Assembly (NCBI RefSeq): GCF_018336915.1
Contig: NZ_CP064923.1
Span: 1,500,001 to 1,532,000 of the forward strand
DNA: 32,000 nt
Source: Acaryochloris marina S15
GTDB lineage: Bacteria; Cyanobacteriota; Cyanobacteriia; Thermosynechococcales; Thermosynechococcaceae
Direction of reading: 5' to 3'
Shown: positions 1 through 7,907 of the stretch, in pieces
Numbering within the stretch: position 1 is the first letter of the stretch
Layout of the letters: each line of letters starts with the position of its first letter
Notes under the pieces: generated by a model
Databases searched by the model: none
Told to the model about the DNA's origin: nothing
What the model saw: only the letters and a program-made list of their open reading frames with translations
Position numbers and translations under genes: made by a program

Positions 1-1244
1 TGATGGGGTTTCCCTTTAGGCTTAGGACGGGCAATATATCGGCTGCGCGCTAGGTCAACTAATTCCTGTTCTTTTTGCTCAATGGTGCGCTGTAAGACCT
101 TGACTTCTGCTTTTAGATAGTCAGCCACTGAGCCATATTGATGATTGAGCAGACGGGTACTCTGTTGGAGGCTATGGAGATAACCCACTAACTGCTGATT
201 TTGATCTTGAACGCCAGTTGCTTCTGGCGCAAAGAACTTGATGGCAATTAAACACTGACGTTTATCGGGAGTGGGGTTATAGCTGACAAAGTCAGTGAAT
301 TGGCTCATGATGCCAAAGCCTCTCCCCCCTTCATCCATCAGATCCACATCTTCCAGAGATTTGAAAATTTTGTCAGGGTTGTCTAGACCTGGACCTCGGT
401 CCCAAATTTGCAGTACTAAAACATTACTGGAAATGTTGAGCTCCAAGTCAATCGGCGTGGTGTGGGGCAGATCCTTATGGGCATATTTCAAGACATTATC
501 CACACCCTCACCCAATACCGTTTGCAGCTCTAACCAAGGTTTCATGGGAATGTGAGGCTGCTGAAGCTGCCCAAACCAGTCCAGGGCCGCCTGGGCGTTT
601 TCCCGTTTGGTTTCTAGGGTTAAGGTATGAGACTTTAATTGCTCCTCTCCGGCAGCAATTTCTGAGACGAGACTCTGGAGATGCTGCAGCTGCGCTTTGA
701 GGTGTAGACGTTGCGAGTTGATCTCATCCGCTGCCGCACGAAGTTGTGGTGTTTGCAAATCCCCAATACATAATTGCTCCGACATTTGCCGCATTTGAGG
801 GGAGTTGCCGTCATCCAGTACATAGACCTTCAGCTTTGTTGCAGGATAGTCCATGCTCAAGGCCGCTTTAGCCGTTTCCCGAACCATCTCAACCGGTTCG
901 TTATAGCAGGTAATAAATACATCTACTCTCGGCCATTTAGCCTCTGGCAAAGCGGGGCGCATTTGTCTGAGGGGTTTGGCATCTCGGATAATGGGTCGCC
1001 ACAGACCAATAAAAAACATGACGCCGCCAATATAGCTATATATTTCAGCGAGTAATAGTGGAATGGCTATCCATAGGGCATTGAAGTTGACCGAATTCAG
1101 GATTCGCCACTGTAAATACCAGCCCCCAAAAATGAGGTTTATGATCACCAGAAACCGAAAGAGTAGGGTTCTATCCTTGAGTCTGATGCGAATATTGCCA
1201 GAAAAGGCAGGGGTATTTTCAATAATGGGGACGGCATTAGTCAT
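1..1244 (-). CDS. Family-2 glycosyltransferase, cellulose-synthase-like processive glycan synthase. First 414 codons only; the gene continues past the left edge. Carries a GHKL/HATPase-like insertion.
   Basis: Missing from the supplied ORF track because it runs off the window. My reverse-complement translation from the ATG at 1244..1242 stays open to position 1. It begins MTNAVPIIENTPAFSGNIRIRLKDRTLLFRFLVIINLIFGGWYLQWRILNSVNFNALWIAIPLLLAEIYSYIGGVMFFIGLWRP, which contains two TM-like segments. WPRVDVFITCYNEP and KVYVLDDG follow, the GT-A motifs seen in BcsA/CesA-type enzymes. The visible part ends ...RYIARPKPKGKPH, where such enzymes continue with H-AKAGN. An AAGGA lies about 12 nt upstream of the ATG. 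Confidence 0.8.
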   Translation of the reverse strand, partial: MTNAVPIIENTPAFSGNIRIRLKDRTLLFRFLVIINLIFGGWYLQWRILNSVNFNALWIAIPLLLAEIYSYIGGVMFFIGLWRPIIRDAKPLRQMRPALPEAKWPRVDVFITCYNEPVEMVRETAKAALSMDYPATKLKVYVLDDGNSPQMRQMSEQLCIGDLQTPQLRAAADEINSQRLHLKAQLQHLQSLVSEIAAGEEQLKSHTLTLETKRENAQAALDWFGQLQQPHIPMKPWLELQTVLGEGVDNVLKYAHKDLPHTTPIDLELNISSNVLVLQIWDRGPGLDNPDKIFKSLEDVDLMDEGGRGFGIMSQFTDFVSYNPTPDKRQCLIAIKFFAPEATGVQDQNQQLVGYLHSLQQSTRLLNHQYGSVADYLKAEVKVLQRTIEQKEQELVDLARSRYIARPKPKGKPH

Positions 1245-1462
1245 GAGACTGTGTATCCTTACTGCTTGACTAAAGAGTGATGATGTTGAGTTCTATGAAC
1301 AATATTTTTGAGAATCACCACAGTAGCGTTGCGGTTAAGTTGAGTATTGACACCTAGCTGCTCATTCTCACAACATCTCGCAAAACATTCATTTTGAGAT
1401 CGCTGTGAAGTCGGCTTGAGGCCATCTATTGCTATAGGGAGAGTATCCATTTATCAGAAAAG

Positions 1463-4400
1463 TTATTTGTTATTGTTTTTGGACAGAGCGCTGTTTGGGG
1501 CTCCCCAATAGGTCCCGGTCGAATCAGTAATAAGCTGCAATTTAGGTTTGGGGGTAGGGGGTAAGCCCGTACCAATTTCTTCGTTGGCAACGGCTTTCCA
1601 CCAGGGGGAGCTACGGGAGATATCGGCGACGAGTAACGGTTGGCGATCGCGCAAACGATACAAGATTGACTGCAGGACAATACTATTGGTGGAGCCACTA
1701 AAACCAGGATTAGACTGGCCCGATTGCTCGTTTACCCCTTCGTAAAAACCCAATACGGGGTTATACAGGTCTAATGCTGACTGATACAGCTCTTGAGCGT
1801 AGTCATTGTCGGGAAAAATTGCGTGATAGGCAAAGGCTGCAGCACTGCTGATGACCCGTTGCTCAGACTCTAGTGCTTTGTTCGCACTTGAAGCCGCCCA
1901 AGCTTTTTTATCTTTATCCATCAGACTGCTATGAATGACGTAAGGGGCCTTAGTCGACAGGGTTGTTCCAGCTGCAGTCAGTACCCCTTCCCGGTTATAC
2001 CGTTCTTGTTGAGCTTGCAACATCGGTAGAACTAATCGCCGCATTTGTGGATCTAGACCTAGCTCTAAGCCATAAACCATAAATGGATTGCTAACGATCT
2101 GTTGATCGGTATCGGGCTTCTTCCGAGGACGATCTCGCTCAATCGGAATTTGGAACCCTTCTAACTCTGCGGTTTTATAATCCCCGCCTACAGCCGCTTC
2201 CGTCACATCAAAGCCCCAAAGCTGAAATCCTCGGGCTGCATATTCTTCGTAGCCCAACCGTGAATCGGGTTTCACTCGGATTAAGCGACGGCCATTGCTG
2301 TCTGCTTCTACAAAAGCACTATGAATGCGGCCATCTCGAACGACCCGCAGGAACGACCAGTCCAACACAATCTCATCAATAATTTCGGTATATCCCTTAT
2401 GACACCCCTTGAGGTTGTGCAGCGCTAACAAGAAACGACCCACGTCTAAACCTGACCAGCCAATTCCTTCTGGGGACGGATTCATCCCATAATCAACCGA
2501 TTCTAGGGTACGGATATCATAGTTACGATGGGGCAATTCGCCACCATGTAACGGCAGCCGTTTTATTGCACCTAAAAATAACCGAACCCGCTGATCAAAT
2601 TCCTCGATGGTAATCACATCCAGCGATTCAGCAGCCTGGAGTGCGGCGATATAATCTCCCATCCCCCAAAGGGTTGCGACTTTCATGTCGCTGCGATCGC
2701 TAACTAATCCCGTACTGGAATCATAATTGGCCTCAAAATATTTCCAGGCTGCTTTGGCATATCGTTTCTCAGCCAAGTGAGGTCGGCGAGTTAAATCTTC
2801 GCAGACAGAAGAATTTTTGGGTTTACCACCTGACAGAATTGGAGCCACAGCCAACTGAACAGGCTGCTTCAGCTGTTCAGGCTGTTCTATCTTGCCAATT
2901 GATTCGGGTGGAGCCGGTGCTGATGCAACCACAGGAGCTGGAGCTGTTGCAGGCGCAGAGGTAGGCAAAGATGTCGTAGTTTGACCCGGTGGAAATTTAG
3001 GACTTGCGCCATCACCTTCAATAAATTGGCAGCAAACAACTAGGTTCGGATCAACAGCGCTAGGTTGAGATACCGTTTGCTGAGTGGGAGATTGAGCAAC
3101 AACAGGGCTAGGAGGCGGCGCTGCACTTGGGCCAGGCGTTGGAGCCGGAGCGGGTGCTGGAGCTGGGGCTGGAGCGGGTGCCGGGGCTGGAGCTGGAGCG
3201 GGTGCCGGGGCTGGAGCTGGAGCGGGTGCCGGGGCTGGAGCTGGAGCGGGTGCCGGGGCTGGAGCTGGAGCAGGTGCCGGGGCTGGAGCTGGAGCAGGTG
3301 CCGGGGCTGGAGCTGGAGCGGGTGCTGGAGCAGGTGCCGGAGCGGGTGCTGGAGCCGGGGCGGGTGCTGGAGCCGCAGCTACATTATCTGGAGCGGGGTA
3401 ACCTTCCGCAACTATCGTGTTTTGGGGATTTCCAGTAGAGGCATTAACACCATTTCCCCCAATCAGCGGTCGATATCCTCTGGCTTTGTAATAGAGGATC
3501 TCCATGATCAGCCCATTCGTGTTACCCGTCAGGGCTCGATTGGGCTCATTAGTTTCCTCATACAATCCGGCAAAAAATCCACCCCCATCTGGACTCATCA
3601 AGCCCTTCGCCACTTCAAATAATTGATCCGCATAAGGTTCGTCGGGAAAGATATACCGCCAACCAAAGGCAGCCTTGGTACTAATACTGCGCTTGTCAGG
3701 ATGAAGTTCATTTTTTTCTGTAATCGTGGCCCAAGCCTCGCCATTGGAAAAAACCGTGTTGTAGAGGAAGTAGGGCGGGCCGTCAATATTGTCTTCCGTC
3801 ACAGCCGTTAACTGCCCCGTTGCCTGATAGCGACGTTTTTGGACTTCTAGGACCCGAGCTGCATAGTCTCGCATCTGGTCACCGAGAAAACCAAATTCAA
3901 TGCCATCCAGAATATAAGATTCACTGACCACATAGTTATTGGCATTGGTTTCCTGGTATGCCCGAGTATCTACCGGGATCTGCACCCCATAGATTTCAAC
4001 CATTTGAAAGGGTTCAAAGGATAGGGCTTTCGGAACGGAGAACCCCCATAATTCATACCCTCGGGCTGCATATTCTTCATAGCCTAGGCGGCCTTCTTGT
4101 ACGGGTAGAGTTTGGCCATCTTCAAGGACTGTAGCCCCATACATATTGCCATCTTCAATGGAACGTTCAATCGCCCAGCGATCAACAATAGCCTGCAACC
4201 ATTCAGCATATTGGGGGTGGCAGGTTCGGAGGACATGGAAAGCCGCCAGCACTCGACCAATATCGAGAGCCGACCAACCAATTCCCCGTTCAATAGGGTT
4301 GTTACCATAGTCCACCATGTCGCCATTGGCAGCGTTATAGACCTTATTCGGCAGGCTATCTTCAAATAGGGTGAGTTCTGCAAGGCTGGATAAAAACTTA

Positions 4401-6133
4401 TTCAATTTTTGATCCAATTCATCTTGCGGGATTAGGTTCATCCACCGGGCCGCATTGAGGGCCATCAGGTAGTTACCCATGTCCCACAAGGTACCAGAAG
4501 GATATCCTCCCGATGAATTGGTAAACCCAGTGGCTTCTTGATAGTTATTGACAAAATATTGCCAAGCAGTGCGGGCGTAGGTTTCTTCTTCTGGTGTTAA
4601 AGGGTTGGTAATACCGCCGCAGGAATTATCGGTGGGGGGTGGGGGTGGTGCAGAAATTGGAGCAGGGGCAGGGGCAGGGGCCGCCGCAGGTGTAGGAGAT
4701 GGGGCGGGGGCAGGTGCTGGAGCGGGCGTTGGCGCTGGGGCGGGTGCTGGGGCGGCGGGGACTTGAGCCGTTTCAGGCGCAGGAAAACCTTCCATAACAA
4801 CGGTTGATTCAGGGGCTCCAGTTGAAGCACTAACGCCATCCCCTCCAATTAGGGGGCGATTCCCTCTCGCCTTGTAATAGAGGATTTCCATAATCAACCC
4901 GTTGGTATTTCCGGTCAGAGACTGATTGGGTTGTTGAGTCTCCTCATATTGGCCCGCGAAAAATCCCCCTCCATCCGGGCTCATTAAGCTCTTGGCTACT
5001 TCAAAGAGTTGTTGAGCATAGGGATCATCTGGAAAAATATAGCGCCAACCAAAGGCGGCTTTCGTACTAATACTGCGTTTATCGGGATGGAGTTCATTTT
5101 TTTCCGTGATCGTGGCCCAGGCCACTCCATTAGAAAAGACTGTGTTGTATAGGAAGTAGGGCGGACCATCAATGTTATCTTCAGTCACGGCTGTCAATTG
5201 ACCTGTGGCCTGATAACGCCGCTTCTGAACTTCAAAGACCCGAGCTGCATAGTCCCGCATTTGGTCGCCCAAGAAACCAAATTCAATGCCGTCTAAGATA
5301 TAGGACTCACTAACGACATAGTTATTAGCATTGGTGTCTTGATAATTACGAGTATCTACAGGAATTTGTACCCCATAGATTTCAACCATCTTGTAGGGTT
5401 CAAAGGACAATGCCTTGGGAACCTGAAAATTCCAAAGTTGGTATCCCCTTGATGCATATTCCTCATACCCGAGGCGGCCTTCCTGCACTGGCAAGGTTTG
5501 GCCATCTTCAAGGACTGTAGCCCCATACATATAGCCATCTTGAACGGAACGATCCACCGCCCAACGATCAATAATGGTTTTCAACCAATCTGCATACTGA
5601 GGGTGACAGGTCCGCAGGACATGAAACGCAGCCAAAACACGCCCAATATCTAGTGCTGACCAGCCAATCCCTCGTTCGATGGGGTTGTTGCCATAATCCA
5701 CCATGGCTCCATCGGCAGCGTTATACACCTTATTCGGCAAGCTATCCTCAAACAGCGTTAACCCTGCTAGTGAAGATAGGAATTTATTGAGTTTCTGATC
5801 GAATTCTTCTTGGGGGATGATGTTCATCCATCGAGCGGCATTGAGGGCCATGAGGTAGTTGCCCATATCCCACAAGGTACCGGAGGGATATCCCCCCGAT
5901 GAATTCGTAAATCCCGTTGATTCCTGATAGTTGTTGACAAAATATTGCCAAGCGGTGCGGGCGTAAGTTTCCTCCTCTGGTGTTAAAGGATTCGTAATCG
6001 CCCCACACTCATTGGCTTCTTGGGCATGGGCAACCTTCTCTGTGGTAAACGGTAGCCACAAAGGAGGAGAAAAGATGCCAATTGCCAGACAGGCAACCAG
6101 TCTAACTATCGGTAGAGAACGACGTCGATTCAT
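1463..6133 (-). CDS. Secreted 1556-aa protein with three tandem DUF3131-like modules joined by Pro/Ala-rich linkers; putative glycan-active protein
   Basis: From the ORF track. It has a Sec-type signal (MNRRRSLPIVRLVACLAIGIFSPP...KVAHA/QE). Three modules of about 430 aa share the motifs LWDMG, IGWSALDIGR, EGRLGYEEYA, TAVTEDNID, STKAAFGW and TGNTNG. From memory I associate these with the DUF3131 family; this was not searched. Modules 1 and 2 are near-identical at protein level and module 3 is divergent. Confidence 0.85.
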   Translation of the reverse strand: MNRRRSLPIVRLVACLAIGIFSPPLWLPFTTEKVAHAQEANECGAITNPLTPEEETYARTAWQYFVNNYQESTGFTNSSGGYPSGTLWDMGNYLMALNAARWMNIIPQEEFDQKLNKFLSSLAGLTLFEDSLPNKVYNAADGAMVDYGNNPIERGIGWSALDIGRVLAAFHVLRTCHPQYADWLKTIIDRWAVDRSVQDGYMYGATVLEDGQTLPVQEGRLGYEEYASRGYQLWNFQVPKALSFEPYKMVEIYGVQIPVDTRNYQDTNANNYVVSESYILDGIEFGFLGDQMRDYAARVFEVQKRRYQATGQLTAVTEDNIDGPPYFLYNTVFSNGVAWATITEKNELHPDKRSISTKAAFGWRYIFPDDPYAQQLFEVAKSLMSPDGGGFFAGQYEETQQPNQSLTGNTNGLIMEILYYKARGNRPLIGGDGVSASTGAPESTVVMEGFPAPETAQVPAAPAPAPAPTPAPAPAPAPSPTPAAAPAPAPAPISAPPPPPTDNSCGGITNPLTPEEETYARTAWQYFVNNYQEATGFTNSSGGYPSGTLWDMGNYLMALNAARWMNLIPQDELDQKLNKFLSSLAELTLFEDSLPNKVYNAANGDMVDYGNNPIERGIGWSALDIGRVLAAFHVLRTCHPQYAEWLQAIVDRWAIERSIEDGNMYGATVLEDGQTLPVQEGRLGYEEYAARGYELWGFSVPKALSFEPFQMVEIYGVQIPVDTRAYQETNANNYVVSESYILDGIEFGFLGDQMRDYAARVLEVQKRRYQATGQLTAVTEDNIDGPPYFLYNTVFSNGEAWATITEKNELHPDKRSISTKAAFGWRYIFPDEPYADQLFEVAKGLMSPDGGGFFAGLYEETNEPNRALTGNTNGLIMEILYYKARGYRPLIGGNGVNASTGNPQNTIVAEGYPAPDNVAAAPAPAPAPAPAPAPAPAPAPAPAPAPAPAPAPAPAPAPAPAPAPAPAPAPAPAPAPAPAPAPAPAPAPAPAPAPAPAPTPGPSAAPPPSPVVAQSPTQQTVSQPSAVDPNLVVCCQFIEGDGASPKFPPGQTTTSLPTSAPATAPAPVVASAPAPPESIGKIEQPEQLKQPVQLAVAPILSGGKPKNSSVCEDLTRRPHLAEKRYAKAAWKYFEANYDSSTGLVSDRSDMKVATLWGMGDYIAALQAAESLDVITIEEFDQRVRLFLGAIKRLPLHGGELPHRNYDIRTLESVDYGMNPSPEGIGWSGLDVGRFLLALHNLKGCHKGYTEIIDEIVLDWSFLRVVRDGRIHSAFVEADSNGRRLIRVKPDSRLGYEEYAARGFQLWGFDVTEAAVGGDYKTAELEGFQIPIERDRPRKKPDTDQQIVSNPFMVYGLELGLDPQMRRLVLPMLQAQQERYNREGVLTAAGTTLSTKAPYVIHSSLMDKDKKAWAASSANKALESEQRVISSAAAFAYHAIFPDNDYAQELYQSALDLYNPVLGFYEGVNEQSGQSNPGFSGSTNSIVLQSILYRLRDRQPLLVADISRSSPWWKAVANEEIGTGLPPTPKPKLQLITDSTGTYWGAPNSALSKNNNK
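3136..3376. repeat. Tandem repeat encoding the long (Ala-Pro)n linker; six head-to-tail 24-bp units flanked by degenerate copies
   Basis: The unit GGGTGCCGGGGCTGGAGCTGGAGC, or its AGGTG... variant, sits at 3176-3199, 3200-3223, 3224-3247, 3248-3271, 3272-3295 and 3296-3319. Degenerate GGTGCTGGAGC-type copies lie on both sides. On the minus strand this encodes the APAPAP... run in the 1556-aa protein. Confidence 0.9.
4631..4762. repeat. Low-complexity G-rich tract (C-rich on the coding strand) encoding the first Pro/Ala linker between modules 1 and 2
   Basis: The sequence ggtggggggtgggggtggtg...ggggcaggggcagggg...gggtgctggggcggcgggg encodes PAAPAPAPAPTPAPAPAPAPSPTPAAAPAPAPAPISAPPPPP on the minus strand. 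Confidence 0.8.
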
Positions 6134-6215
6134 CAGGTAGGATGGCCCCAGTCAAACAATGCAAAAGAAACACAAACCTTGTTATTGGTGAGCAGGTGAA
6201 TAGGGCTAAATCCTA

Positions 6216-7724
6216 TTAGGTACCTAGCTCAGAAACACCAGCCCAAACAGCTAGAGGTTTGCCAACCTTCTTAAATAATAAGCACTCTAAGATAATGCCA
6301 TTGTTATTAGCTGTCAATACGGCATTAGGCTCATCTAAGGTTTCATAAAAACCACTGTACCAACCTTTTTTCGAACCAACTTTTTCTTGCACAAAAGCAA
6401 ATAACTTTTTGGTGTAATCCGTGTTGTAAAGAACATGCCAACCGATCGCAGCTTTGGTACTCACAAAGCGGAGATGATTATAATTTTCTCCGGTATCACT
6501 AATCGTTGCCCAGGGTTTACCATTCACATATAAGGTGTTGTAAACAAAATAGGGTTCTCGATCCAAATTATCTTCAGTGATAGCCGTTAATTGCTTAGTG
6601 GCTTTGTAGCGGGCTTCTTGGGCGGCGAGCATCCGGTCTGCATAAGCTTTAGGGAGCGCTTTGAATCCTGTTTCGATGCCATCGAGGAAAAAAGGCTCAC
6701 TTAAAACATAGTTATTCGCTTCCGAATTTTCGCGATCGCGCACATCAAAAGGAATGCTGTGGCCATAGAGTTCAACGAAGGCCGATTTGTTGTTGTAATC
6801 TAACGCTTTATCAACATTAAGCCCCCAGAGTTTCAAACCATAGGCCGCATAATCTTCGTACCCTAAGCGTCCTTCTTGGTTATATTGCTCTTGACCATCT
6901 TTGATACTGGTGCCATACATTTGGCCACCTTTTGTCAACCGTTTGACATCCCAGGCTTTCCACACTGCTGTGGTTTGGGGTTCAAACTCGGGATATTTGG
7001 CGGCAATAATTTTTAGCCATAGGGCAATTCGACCCAGGTCAATCGCTGACCAGCCAATCTCTTCCCGCTTATCTAGGGAACCATAATTCACCGGCATTAG
7101 ATTTTGGGAATTGTAGACCTTATTGGGAAGCTCCCCTTTATACAATTCCAACTTGGCAAGGGTGGTCAGCATCTTGCTCATGGTCGCTTTGAATTCTTTT
7201 TCCGAAACCAAGTCCAATTCTCTAGCACTGACCAGAGCCGCCATTGCCGCACTTTGATCCCAAAGGGTCACCGATTGAAATTGATCAACCGAATTAGCCA
7301 AGCCTGTTTCTGGATTAATATTGGTCTCAAAATAGCTCCAGGCTTGCTTGGCGACCTTTAGCTCAGCAGGGGAGAGTTTACCGACATGAGCTGGGACATA
7401 GGGCGTTGTCGTCTTTGCAATTTCTGATTGACTCACCCGGTCGCCTGGAAATTTAATAGAGCGGGAATCAGGCTTTTCATGCTTAGCTTTAGGTTTCGTT
7501 TTGTCTGGGGCAGATGTAGTTGAGCTGGGGGCGGTAGCCGTGGTGGTAGGGGCAGAATCTTTAGTTGATTTTTTTTGGGAAAGATTACCCGATAGCATTT
7601 CTAAACCTGCGATCGCAGCGACAGCTGTCACTACACCACCTAAATAGGTGAGAAAAGCAAGTTTTTTAGGTGGCATTTCGAAATTAGAATTCATGACTGC
7701 TCCCACTTGGAATAATGACTGCAA
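6216..7724 (-). CDS. Membrane-anchored protein with a single DUF3131-like module; paralog of the modules in the 1556-aa protein
   Basis: From the ORF track, 502 aa. It has an N-terminal hydrophobic anchor (KKLAFLTYLGGVVTAVAAIAGLEML) and an S/T/P/K-rich spacer. One module follows with LWDQS, IGWSAIDLGR, EGRLGYEDYA, TAITEDNLD, STKAAIGW and TANNNG. The real start may be the Met at codon 11. Confidence 0.85.
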   Translation of the reverse strand: MQSLFQVGAVMNSNFEMPPKKLAFLTYLGGVVTAVAAIAGLEMLSGNLSQKKSTKDSAPTTTATAPSSTTSAPDKTKPKAKHEKPDSRSIKFPGDRVSQSEIAKTTTPYVPAHVGKLSPAELKVAKQAWSYFETNINPETGLANSVDQFQSVTLWDQSAAMAALVSARELDLVSEKEFKATMSKMLTTLAKLELYKGELPNKVYNSQNLMPVNYGSLDKREEIGWSAIDLGRIALWLKIIAAKYPEFEPQTTAVWKAWDVKRLTKGGQMYGTSIKDGQEQYNQEGRLGYEDYAAYGLKLWGLNVDKALDYNNKSAFVELYGHSIPFDVRDRENSEANNYVLSEPFFLDGIETGFKALPKAYADRMLAAQEARYKATKQLTAITEDNLDREPYFVYNTLYVNGKPWATISDTGENYNHLRFVSTKAAIGWHVLYNTDYTKKLFAFVQEKVGSKKGWYSGFYETLDEPNAVLTANNNGIILECLLFKKVGKPLAVWAGVSELGT

Positions 7725-7907
7725 TAGTCAGTAATTAGACAATATTGATTGATAGCTAGGACAATCGCCTAGAGAAAGTATTCCTGATTTTTGAAAACTA
7801 GAAAAAAATATCAATAACAATCAATTAAGATGGACTTTCTTTCGTTAAAAGAGACTTGCCTGCTCTAGAATTCCCAACTTAACAATCGGTTTAACACTCT
7901 TAAAAAA

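Noticed and set aside
295-1269. Four short ORFs in the track (295-555 +, 635-823 -, 774-1055 +, 1063-1269 +)
   Set aside because: They all lie inside, antisense to or out of frame with the long minus-strand reading frame 1-1244. That frame translates into a coherent GT2 synthase with recognisable motifs. The track missed it only because it has no stop codon within the window.
3136-3376. Possible CRISPR array suggested by regularly spaced direct repeats
   Set aside because: The repeats are contiguous with no unique spacers and have a 24-bp period. They lie in frame inside a coding sequence, and no cas genes are present. I saw no CRISPR anywhere in the window.
3065-3622. Plus-strand ORFs of 185 aa and 103 aa with WSWSGCRG / LELERVPG repeats
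   Set aside because: They are antisense read-through of the 24-bp (Ala-Pro) minisatellite inside the 1556-aa gene. The repeats keep every frame open, and the products are low-complexity artefacts.
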